Shown: piece by piece, positions 16,665 to 24,000 of the stretch | Numbering within the stretch: position 1 is the stretch's first letter | Layout of the letters: every line of letters begins with the position of its first letter | Assembly (NCBI RefSeq): GCF_003313385.1 | Contig: NZ_QMHN01000002.1 | Coordinates: 110,603 to 134,602 of the forward strand | Direction of reading: 5' to 3' | Source of the DNA: Pedobacter chitinilyticus | GTDB taxonomy: Bacteria; Bacteroidota; Bacteroidia; Sphingobacteriales; Sphingobacteriaceae | DNA length: 24,000 bases | Translations under genes and position numbers: made by a program | The notes under the pieces: generated by a model | Told to the model about the DNA's origin: nothing | What the model saw: only the letters and a program-made list of their open reading frames with translations | Databases searched by the model: none

Positions 16665-17546
16665 ATGTGCAGCGCAAAAAATAACAGGATCACCTGTAAA
16701 CAGGCAAGGGAAATCGATCTGGTAGATTTCCTTTCCAACATCGGGATCGAACCGGCCAGTGTAAAGGGCCACCAGTTCTGGTACCACTCCCCTTTCAGGG
16801 ACGAACAGACCCCCTCGTTCAAGGTCAACGGCGCCATCAACAGGTGGTACGATTTCGGGGATGGCACCAATGGTAGCCTGATCGACCTTGGCATCAGGCT
16901 AAAAAACTGTAGCGTCAGGGAATTCCTGCAAATGCTCGAAAGCGGAACATTCACCCACTGTCCCCATCGGCCCGGTGAGACGAATGTTGATGGACCAGCC
17001 ATTGCTGTCCTCAGCAATACTGCGCTAAGCTCGCCCGAGCTGGTCTCCTACCTTAGCTCGAGAAAGATCACATTGCAAGTGGCCAACCGATACTGTAAGG
17101 AGATCCATTACAGCTGTAATGGCCGAAACTATTGCGCCGTAGGTTTTGCCAACCGTTCCGGCGGATTTGAGCTGCGCAGCAAAAACTTCAAGGGGACAGT
17201 TTCTCCGAAGGACTACACACTGCTTTGCCAGGGCCGAGCCGAGCTTGCCGTATTCGAGGGTTTCATCGACTTTATGAGCTACCTGCTGATCATGGGGAAA
17301 GATCCCCAACAGGATTACCTTATCCTCAATTCGCTTGCTTTCTTCCAAAGGGCAATGGAATGCATGATGGGCTATAGCCGCGTGCAGCTTTGGACCAATA
17401 ACGACGATCGCAGCAATGAGGTCGTGAGCATGGCCCTGGGGCATTCCGACATCTTTGTTGACCAGCGGAACTTCTTCTTTGGGTACAACGATCTCAACGA
17501 CATGCTCAACAATAAACCAATTGTTCAACGCATAAAAAAAAGCTAA
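16665..17546 (+). CDS. Toprim-domain primase-like protein with a degenerate CHC2-like N-terminus
   Basis: The N-terminus HSPFRDEQTPSFKVNGAINRWYDFGDGTNGSLIDLG parallels the zf-CHC2 primase motif but lacks the Cys ligands. Toprim-like segments are LAVFEGFIDFMSYL and LWTNNDDRSNE. It lies next to the mob genes. Confidence 0.7.
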   Translation: MCSAKNNRITCKQAREIDLVDFLSNIGIEPASVKGHQFWYHSPFRDEQTPSFKVNGAINRWYDFGDGTNGSLIDLGIRLKNCSVREFLQMLESGTFTHCPHRPGETNVDGPAIAVLSNTALSSPELVSYLSSRKITLQVANRYCKEIHYSCNGRNYCAVGFANRSGGFELRSKNFKGTVSPKDYTLLCQGRAELAVFEGFIDFMSYLLIMGKDPQQDYLILNSLAFFQRAMECMMGYSRVQLWTNNDDRSNEVVSMALGHSDIFVDQRNFFFGYNDLNDMLNNKPIVQRIKKS

Positions 17547-17703
17547 AGCTTCGATCGGGTTTCAGCTACCAGGGGTTCCTGTTGGCACGCGAACCCGGCA
17601 AGATGTTCCGAAGTATCACACTTCGGTTTTTTGGGCCTTCCTCGGAACTCGGCGGCCCTGAAATAAATGGATAGACTGACGCATTTGGTGAAGGAGAAAA
17701 GTG
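17547..17703 (+). promoter_or_regulatory. Candidate oriT / mob promoter region
   Basis: This is the intergenic region immediately upstream of the relaxosome genes. It contains the inverted repeat CGGGTT 17556-17561 / AACCCG 17592-17597. It also contains the hairpin CCGAAG 17608-17613 / CTTCGG 17621-17626 followed by T6 (17627-17632), which may also terminate the primase gene. No nick site identified. Confidence 0.35.
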
Positions 17704-18096
17704 ATGGAGAAAAAGACAAAAACGATCAGAAAAAAATGGCTGCATGTAAGGCTCGATGACCAGGAGCACGCACAGATGATGCAAGCAATGGCAAGGTCGA
17801 CCGAGAAGAAACTGAGTTCCTACGCACGCAAACTATTACTTTCAAAACCTATTACGATCGTGCACCGTGACGGCTCGGTGGATGCCCTGGTTGCCGTTCT
17901 GGTGAAGGTACAGAACGACCTGAACGGCATCGCAAACAACTACAACCAGATGGTGCATAAACTGCACATGAGCGATACCTCCGGGCAGGTCAAGGCCTGG
18001 ATTTCCCTGTACGAAAAGGAAAAGCGCGAGCTCTTTGAGAGCATCGCCCAGATGAAGGAACTGATTGGTGAGGGGGCAAAAAAATGGTTGCGATAA
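17704..18096 (+). CDS. MobC-family relaxosome accessory protein (ribbon-helix-helix type)
   Basis: The segment KKWLHVRLDDQEHAQMMQAMA is RHH-like and LNGIANNYNQMVHKLH matches the G.N.NQ motif of mobilisation MobC-family proteins. ATG at 17704 was chosen over the GTG at 17701. The gene overlaps the relaxase start by 13 nt. Confidence 0.7.
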   Translation: MEKKTKTIRKKWLHVRLDDQEHAQMMQAMARSTEKKLSSYARKLLLSKPITIVHRDGSVDALVAVLVKVQNDLNGIANNYNQMVHKLHMSDTSGQVKAWISLYEKEKRELFESIAQMKELIGEGAKKWLR

Positions 18097-19352
18097 TCGG
18101 TTCGGGAGTCTCCATCAGGCGTGCTTTTCTGTACAACGAGCACAAGGTCGAAACAGGTGCGGCCAGGTGCATCATGGCGGCAAACTATCCACTTGAAATC
18201 GACCAGATGCAGCAGGTGCACCGGCTTAAAATGCTGACCAAAACAGCGTCACTCAATCCCGATGTGAAGCGCAACTGCATCCACATCAGCCTGAATTTTG
18301 CACCGACCGAAAGTCCCTCGGACCAACTTCTCTCAGAGATCGCCACCGAATATATGGACCTGATCGGGTTCGGGGGACAGCCCTTTTTGGCCTACCGCCA
18401 CCATGATGCGGGCCACCCGCACATCCATATCGTATCGACCAATATCAGGCCCGACGGCAGTCGTATCGACACCTTTCAGATCGGCAAAAAAAAGTCCGAA
18501 CCTGCTCGGAAACTGCTGGAGAAAAAGCATGGCCTGGTAGCTGCAGAGCAGCAGAAAAAACACCTCTACACTCCCGTTGCGATCGATCCGGCAAAGGTGA
18601 TCTACGGCAAACAGGACACCGTAAAGGCCATCTCGGCTGTACTGCAAAATGTACTTTCCGACTATAGATATACATCGCTTTCCGAGCTGAATGCCGTACT
18701 GGGCCTCTACCATATCCAGGCCAGCCGCGGAGCCGAAAATTCGAGGACATACAAACATCGCGGGCTGCTCTACAGGGTGCTAGATGGCCAGGGGCAACCT
18801 GTAGGCGTACCCTTAAAGGCAAGCGCTATCCATAACAATCCAGGGCTAAAATTCCTTGAAAAGAAATACCTGGCCAATGATGTGCAGCGTGCAGATTTTA
18901 GGGCCAGGACCTGTTCGAAGATCGATCTGGTGCTGCTCAGGAATGCCAACCTTGACCTTGGCCAGTTCATCCAAAAGCTGAAAGAAGCGGCGATCGATGT
19001 AGTGCCAAGGATCAATGAAAAGGGACAGCTGTACGGCCTGACCTATGTCGACCACCAGCACCGATGTGTGTTCAACGGCAGTGCCCTTGGAAAGAAATAT
19101 ACCGCAAGCGCAATCTTAAAACAGCTCCGGGCCAAGCCTCCGCAGCCTATCCCGTCTGCCGTCAAACAGGCCGGAACAAGCGCTATCCCATCTTTGGAAA
19201 CCACCGCTTCCCAGCCACCGCAACAGCCAAACAGTGCTGAAAAAAGCAATCATGAAAACACCCTGCTAGATGAGCTGATGGGCTACCAGTACGCCGACCA
19301 GCATGTCCCTCTTGCCTGGAGGAAGAAGAAAAAGAGAAAGAAAAAAAGATAA
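18084..19352 (+). CDS. Relaxase / mobilisation nuclease
   Basis: The N-terminus has the Tyr-containing FLYNEHKV segment. The His motif is HHDAGHPHIHIV (aa 106-117; the His-to-His core H106-H115 is nt 18399-18428), characteristic of the Relaxase/Mob nuclease domain. A Lys/Arg-rich C-terminal tail reads WRKKKKRKKKR. Confidence 0.85.
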   Translation: MVAIIGSGVSIRRAFLYNEHKVETGAARCIMAANYPLEIDQMQQVHRLKMLTKTASLNPDVKRNCIHISLNFAPTESPSDQLLSEIATEYMDLIGFGGQPFLAYRHHDAGHPHIHIVSTNIRPDGSRIDTFQIGKKKSEPARKLLEKKHGLVAAEQQKKHLYTPVAIDPAKVIYGKQDTVKAISAVLQNVLSDYRYTSLSELNAVLGLYHIQASRGAENSRTYKHRGLLYRVLDGQGQPVGVPLKASAIHNNPGLKFLEKKYLANDVQRADFRARTCSKIDLVLLRNANLDLGQFIQKLKEAAIDVVPRINEKGQLYGLTYVDHQHRCVFNGSALGKKYTASAILKQLRAKPPQPIPSAVKQAGTSAIPSLETTASQPPQQPNSAEKSNHENTLLDELMGYQYADQHVPLAWRKKKKRKKKR

Positions 19353-19378
19353 CACCAACATTTAAGGGAGGAAAAATC

Positions 19379-21367
19379 ATGGCACTTCAAACAGGCGAGA
19401 ACGAACAGGCACTGCGCAAGATCACCGACTTCACCAGGTTGATCAGCGTAACGATCCTACTGCTCCATTTTTATTACGAATGCTACCAGGTCTTTGCTGG
19501 CATGGGCATTTCTACCAAGCTTACCGACCAGTTGCTCGGCAACATCGCCCGAACGGGACTGTTCTCATTTTTTGTAAAGCCCAAGCTCATTGCCCTTGGC
19601 CTTTTGGCGATCTCACTGCTTGGCGCAAAGGGAAAAAAGGATGAAAAGCTTGGCTACAGAACGGCTTTGGGCTACATCGTTACCGGGCTCTGCTGCTATT
19701 TTATTTCGTGGCTCGCCCTACATGCTCCGCTTGAAATCGCAGCACGGACGACCCTTTATATCGCTATCACCTCCCTTGGCTTCCTGCTTGTACTCAGTGG
19801 CGGCACCATGCTGACCAGGGTGATCCGCGATGCACTGAACAACGATATCTTCAACTCGGAAAACGAGACATTTCCACAGGAGGAAAGGCTCCTTGAGAAC
19901 GAATATTCCATCAACCTGCCTGCCCGCTACCAGCTCAAAAGCCGTATCCGTAACAGCTGGATCAACATCATCAATCCCTTTCGCGGACTGCTCGTACTGG
20001 GTACGCCAGGGGCCGGTAAAAGCTATTTCGTCATCCGCCATATCATTACCCAACACATCAAAAAGGGCTTCACCATCTTCGCCTACGATTTCAAGTTCCC
20101 CGACCTTTCGGTAATCGTCTATAATACCTGGCTGGCCAACAGGCACCTGTATAAAGAAAACTGTGCCTGTTATTTCATCAACTTCGATGACCTTTCCCGC
20201 AGCAACAGATGCAATCCACTAGACCCTTTATCGATGACCGACATCACCGATGCGGCCGAAAGTGCGCGCACGATCATGATGGGACTTAACCGCGAATGGA
20301 TCAAAAAGCAGGGTGATTTTTTTGTTGAGAGCCCGATCAATTTCCTGACGGCCATCATCTGGTTCCTTCGAAAATACCAGGGCGGAGAGTACTGCACCCT
20401 TCCCCACGTCATCGAATTTATGCAGCTCCCCTACGATGATCTTTTCACGGTACTACGCTTGGAAAAGGAGATCGAGGTCTTGGTCAATCCTTTTATCAAT
20501 GCCTATATAAACGATGTCATGGAACAGCTCGAGGGCCAGATCGCCTCTGGAAAGGTTGCCATTGCAAGGCTCTCCTCCCCGCAGCTATACTATGTCCTTT
20601 CTGGCAATGATTTTACGCTCGACATCAATAATCCCCGAGAACCCAAGCTGGTCTGTTGCGGCAACAATCCGCAAAAGATACAGATCTACGGGGCGGTGCT
20701 CTCGCTCTATGTCAACCGCCTGGTAAAGCTCGTCAACCAAAAGGGGAAGCTCAAATCGAGCCTGATTTTTGATGAATTCCCTACCATCTACCTCAACGGG
20801 ATCGACAGTCTGATTGCTACCGCCCGTAGTAATAAGGTTGCCACAACTTTGGGCATACAGGACCTCTCACAGCTGCGAAAGGACTACGGAAAGGAACAGG
20901 CAGATGTGATCATGGGCATCGTCGGAAACATCGTTTCCGGCCAGGTGACAGGCGATACGGCCAAGCAGCTTTCCGACCGAATCGGAAAGATCATGCAGGA
21001 CCGCCAGAGCCTTTCGATCAATTCCGGCGATACCTCCATCAGCAAGAGCAAACAGCTTGAGGCTGCCGTTCCACCCTCTAAGATCGCTGCCCTAAGCAGT
21101 GGAGATTTTGTAGGAATGGTCGCCGACAATCCCGAAGAGAAAATCTCGCTAAAAGCCTTCCATTGCCAGATCATCAATGATCACAAGGCACTGAGTGAAG
21201 AGGAAAAGGCCTACAAACCCATACCCATCATACGCAAGGTCGACAATGATATGGTGCAGCGCAACTACCAGCAGATACGCCAGGAGGTGCAGGATATCGT
21301 CTATGCCGAGATACAGCGAATGATCCAGGACCCGAAACTCGAGCATCTGATCATCCGAAAAAACTAG
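19379..21367 (+). CDS. Type IV coupling protein (TraG/TraD/VirD4 family)
   Basis: The N-terminus has hydrophobic helices (aa ~20-145). Walker A LGTPGAGKS lies at nt 20000-20023 and the Walker B-like segment is SSLIFDEFP. It is positioned directly after the relaxase. Confidence 0.85.
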   Translation: MALQTGENEQALRKITDFTRLISVTILLLHFYYECYQVFAGMGISTKLTDQLLGNIARTGLFSFFVKPKLIALGLLAISLLGAKGKKDEKLGYRTALGYIVTGLCCYFISWLALHAPLEIAARTTLYIAITSLGFLLVLSGGTMLTRVIRDALNNDIFNSENETFPQEERLLENEYSINLPARYQLKSRIRNSWINIINPFRGLLVLGTPGAGKSYFVIRHIITQHIKKGFTIFAYDFKFPDLSVIVYNTWLANRHLYKENCACYFINFDDLSRSNRCNPLDPLSMTDITDAAESARTIMMGLNREWIKKQGDFFVESPINFLTAIIWFLRKYQGGEYCTLPHVIEFMQLPYDDLFTVLRLEKEIEVLVNPFINAYINDVMEQLEGQIASGKVAIARLSSPQLYYVLSGNDFTLDINNPREPKLVCCGNNPQKIQIYGAVLSLYVNRLVKLVNQKGKLKSSLIFDEFPTIYLNGIDSLIATARSNKVATTLGIQDLSQLRKDYGKEQADVIMGIVGNIVSGQVTGDTAKQLSDRIGKIMQDRQSLSINSGDTSISKSKQLEAAVPPSKIAALSSGDFVGMVADNPEEKISLKAFHCQIINDHKALSEEEKAYKPIPIIRKVDNDMVQRNYQQIRQEVQDIVYAEIQRMIQDPKLEHLIIRKN

Positions 21368-21410
21368 CTGGCCGCGGTCAACTTTTAACCATGATTAATC
21401 AATATACAGT

Positions 21411-22157
21411 ATGCTTATTCCAACATTTTTTGCCAAGCTGATCAGGGATTTCGATGAGCTTGGGTTTACGCTCTCGCTGATGGAAAAGATCAACCTCAAG
21501 CAGGAGCTTGCGTACTTTGATAACCGCAGGACCTTCTTTGCACTTCAGGGGAAGATCGATGGGACCGATTTTGAGGCTACCTTTTTTATCGTCAGGCCGA
21601 AGCACGAAAACTTTTTCGCTATCCGTCACTACCAGTTCAAGCTCAAAAGTGAAGGGACGCAAAAGTGCCAGGTCTTCAAGGTAAACTATCTTGAAAATGA
21701 TTGGTTCCCCGTCAAACTAAAAGGGCCTATCTCAAAGATCATGGCCTACAACCTGCTATCGGGAAGGGCCGTCTTTAACGATGAAAGCAAGGCATGGTTA
21801 CAGATCGATTTCTCTAAAAGGTGTTCCGAACTTTCACCGGCCGAACTTAACAGCGGTGATTACCTCATTAACGCCGACAGGTTCGATCAGCTCCACGATA
21901 ATTTTGTAATGAGGAAATATGCCGATTTCGATCTGAAAAAGGAGCTTACGGCACTTGGAATTGATAACGTAGACGACGTTGAGAAAAGACTCCGCAACGG
22001 TGATGTTGTAAAGATCCAGGACGACAGGCAGAAGCTTTCCATGATGGTAAGTCCCAAGTTCCGCTACATCAGGAAAACAGTTGTCCAGCCGCACCGAATA
22101 TCGCTTGGAGATGGAGCGTCGTTCAAAAACAGGATACGCAAAAGAAGAAAAAAATAA
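21411..22157 (+). CDS. Hypothetical protein (248 aa) with a basic C-terminal tail
   Basis: This is the longest ORF in the interval and ends KNRIRKRRKK. No recognised motif. The competing minus-strand ORF 21399..21662 is much shorter. Confidence 0.45.
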   Translation: MLIPTFFAKLIRDFDELGFTLSLMEKINLKQELAYFDNRRTFFALQGKIDGTDFEATFFIVRPKHENFFAIRHYQFKLKSEGTQKCQVFKVNYLENDWFPVKLKGPISKIMAYNLLSGRAVFNDESKAWLQIDFSKRCSELSPAELNSGDYLINADRFDQLHDNFVMRKYADFDLKKELTALGIDNVDDVEKRLRNGDVVKIQDDRQKLSMMVSPKFRYIRKTVVQPHRISLGDGASFKNRIRKRRKK

Positions 22158-22435
22158 TAAAGTCAGAAGTATTCTATCATTTGAAAAGCTTTTGATTTAA
22201 ACCAACTATTAAATCGAAACGAAATGAAAAATCCGATCAAGTTCATGGGCTGCCGCGCCCGACCGTTCTGCAATCAAGCCGTACGTACCCTTTAATGCTG
22301 GCCAGTTTTTTCGCCAAACCGCTGCCCTTTCTTTTCAACCCCGACATTTCTATAGCTAATCCACTTACACCCAGCACATCTATATAAAATTATTTTTATC
22401 TTAGAGCACTTTAAACTCTCAACCCAAGCAGTACA

Positions 22436-23365
22436 ATGATAGAACCCTCTATTAAGGATGAATTTCTGGACCTCTTCTATGCTGATATCGTTGATTTGGA
22501 ACTTGAAAACTCCAATAGGCTCAATGTATTCACGCTGAGGATCAGCAATAACAGTTTTGCCTATAGTGATCTGGTAGAACATTTGGGAAACAAACTATAT
22601 CATTTTGCCTTATCTAGGAACGAAATAAAAGTATTAAAGGAATCCGATCAGCTAAATACCTTAATTAGAAAATCGAAAGAAAAGCTCGTCGATTATATTG
22701 AAAGGGAAAAGGAGGAAAAAAAACTGACCGGAACAGAAGGTGGTGAATTAGGTGAACTCCTACTGTACTGTCTGCTCGAATGCCATTTAAAGGCGCCCAA
22801 GATCCTAACAAAACTGGAAATAAAAACGTCCCAACAGAAGTATGTCAATGGTGCCGATGGTGTCCACCTATTAAAGGTAAATGAGAAGGATTACCAATTG
22901 ATCTTTGGGGAATCAAAACTGCACGCTGATCTTACCCAGGGCATCTATAAGGCATTCGAATCCATAGGTACACTCCTGGAAAACAGAAGCAAGAAACTCA
23001 ATTTTGAAATTGATCTGGTGAACAGCCAGCTTTTAAAGGATACCTTTGACGATCAAACCTATAATACTATTAAAAAAATCCTCCTACCGAGTGCCAGGGA
23101 AGATGCTACCAATATGGATTATTCCTTCGGAATATTTCTCGGGTTTGACCTTGCCATCACTGAAGAGGAATTGAAGAAGAAAAATAGTGATTTTAGGGAC
23201 GCGGTCCGAGCAAGGATTAAAAAGGAAATAGAGGAAAAAGTTGAATCGATCAACTTTCAGATAAGAAAGGAGCACTTCACCGGGTATAATTTCTATCTAT
23301 ATATCATCCCGTTCAGCGACCTGGCTAAAAATAGGCTGGAAATCATCAAAAGCATAAGCGAATGA
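22436..23365 (+). CDS. hamA: Hachiman HamA (DUF1837-type)
   Basis: GGELGELLLYCLLECHLKAPKILTKLEIKTS...VNGADGVHLL...LIFGESKLH matches the DUF1837/HamA core pattern. The ATGA start/stop overlap couples it to a downstream helicase gene. Confidence 0.8.
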   Translation: MIEPSIKDEFLDLFYADIVDLELENSNRLNVFTLRISNNSFAYSDLVEHLGNKLYHFALSRNEIKVLKESDQLNTLIRKSKEKLVDYIEREKEEKKLTGTEGGELGELLLYCLLECHLKAPKILTKLEIKTSQQKYVNGADGVHLLKVNEKDYQLIFGESKLHADLTQGIYKAFESIGTLLENRSKKLNFEIDLVNSQLLKDTFDDQTYNTIKKILLPSAREDATNMDYSFGIFLGFDLAITEEELKKKNSDFRDAVRARIKKEIEEKVESINFQIRKEHFTGYNFYLYIIPFSDLAKNRLEIIKSISE

Positions 23366-24000
23366 GCGAAATATTAATTGATAAGCTGACTGAAGAGATT
23401 CTCAAAAATGAATACTTCCACAACCTATTGGATCGCTGTTCCACCTCGAATGCACTTCAAAATTTTCCTGGGCTCAGTGCAACTTCATGGTCGGAGTTGA
23501 CTGACAAGGAGCTGAAGGACGCCTTGAGGTTTGCTGATCTTCTTTCAAACTCATCAGACAGCGACGCGCGCAGCTATGCCTACCAGATTGTCACTGATCT
23601 CAATCCTTCATTTGCGGAAAATCCATTCTATAAAACGGTGGCCAAAGCCGTGTATTCAAAGCTTGGTAATTATCCTGCAATAAATTTTCTTTCACTACGA
23701 AACGGCAATGAAGCAGAGATACCGTTTGACAGACTATTGCAGTCTGAGACAAAAAAACTTCTACAGGCAGTTCCGTTCCAAGAGGGACTCTACTTCACCG
23801 ATACGCAGTTCAAGCTATACTCCCGGTTGATCGCCAGTTCGGAATTCAGTTTTTCCGGACCAACTTCGATGGGAAAATCTTTTATCATCAAGACGTTTAT
23901 TAAAAATATCATAAGAAATAGTCCGCGTGAGAACTTAGTCATATTGGTACCAACCAGGGCACTTATCAACCAATTCACGATTGATCTAAAAAAGGACCTC
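23362..24000 (+). CDS. hamB: Hachiman HamB helicase, 3'-truncated by the window edge
   Basis: This ORF is not in the supplied track because it has no stop in the window. I translated frame 1 from the ATG at 23362 and it stays open to nt 24000: MSEILIDKLTEEILKNEYFHNLL...FSFSGPTSMGKSFIIKTF...LVILVPTRALINQFTIDLKKDL. It carries a Walker A (GPTSMGKS) and a motif Ia-like PTRALINQ of SF2 helicases. Confidence 0.8.
   Translation, partial: MSEILIDKLTEEILKNEYFHNLLDRCSTSNALQNFPGLSATSWSELTDKELKDALRFADLLSNSSDSDARSYAYQIVTDLNPSFAENPFYKTVAKAVYSKLGNYPAINFLSLRNGNEAEIPFDRLLQSETKKLLQAVPFQEGLYFTDTQFKLYSRLIASSEFSFSGPTSMGKSFIIKTFIKNIIRNSPRENLVILVPTRALINQFTIDLKKDL

Larger units (their letters stand above)
8560..22157. 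mobile_element. Partial conjugative/mobilizable element backbone (leading region plus oriT/mob module); no integrase or mating-pair genes in the window
   Basis: Gene content is ArdA, PAPS-reductase-like, ParB-like, primase, MobC-like, relaxase and T4CP. GC is visibly higher than in both flanks. Confidence 0.6.

Noticed and set aside
16654-19376. Shared GGGAGGAAAAA Shine-Dalgarno-like 11-mer directly upstream of the primase (16654-16664) and T4CP (19366-19376) starts
   Set aside because: It is probably just a ribosome-binding site. It would be notable only if the host is confirmed as a Bacteroidota member, where SD use is rare, and I cannot establish that from the sequence alone.
3874-20146. 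Long antisense or alternative-frame ORFs nested in confident genes (e.g. 3874..4272 +, 7941..8402 -, 9775..10287 -, 10525..10995 -, 13022..13378 -, 15716..16120 -, 17025..17528 -, 18333..18758 -, 19718..20146 -)
   Set aside because: Each lies entirely within a longer ORF that carries recognisable motifs or a coherent operon context. Their composition is atypical (Cys/Arg/Pro/Trp-rich). They are treated as shadow ORFs.
21399-21662. 87-aa minus-strand ORF after the T4CP gene
   Set aside because: It is fully overlapped by the longer 248-aa plus-strand ORF, which continues the operon direction. I cannot exclude it, but it is the less parsimonious call.
22292-22582. 96-aa minus-strand ORF spanning the HamA start
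   Set aside because: It overlaps the 5' end of a confidently assigned hamA and extends into the AT-rich spacer. It has no motif and its orientation opposes all neighbours.
1-24000. Scan for CRISPR arrays, tRNA or rRNA genes, retron RT/msr-msd, and IS elements with terminal inverted repeats
   Set aside because: I saw no regularly spaced direct repeats, no cloverleaf-compatible ~75-nt segments, no rRNA-like conserved blocks, and no reverse transcriptase, transposase or integrase ORF in any frame.

Overview
The window looks like an accessory region of a Bacteroidota-type integrative conjugative or mobilizable element; this is inferred from gene content, with no database search. It has three blocks, and spot GC counts on single 60-nt lines differ between them (35% at 481-540, 57% at 10561-10620, 40% at 22681-22740). 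(1) Block 1-8558 is low-GC and defence-island-like. It holds a 1340-aa SIR2-domain protein on the minus strand. Diverging from it is a plus-strand operon of an 81-aa ORF, a soluble KAP-family P-loop NTPase and a 478-aa protein with a PD-(D/E)xK (DUF6602-like) core. (2) Block 8560-22157 is higher-GC transfer backbone. It opens with an ORF-free, hairpin-dense region that contains a bidirectional terminator. That region ends in a canonical type III hammerhead ribozyme at 9112-9164, 15 nt upstream of the first gene of a long co-directional operon. The operon carries small unknown proteins, a strongly acidic protein, ArdA, a PAPS-reductase-like PP-loop protein, a ParB-like protein and a Toprim primase, and every gene but one points toward a putative oriT. 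Downstream lie a MobC-like accessory protein, a relaxase, a type IV coupling protein and an unknown protein. (3) Block 22436-24000 is low-GC cargo carrying a Hachiman defence system (HamA plus the 5' part of HamB). I found no rRNA, tRNA, CRISPR array, integrase or tra genes. The items most worth follow-up are the hammerhead ribozyme with its structured leader, the KAP NTPase/nuclease operon, the SIR2 protein with a split catalytic core, and the PAPS-reductase/ParB pair in the leading region.
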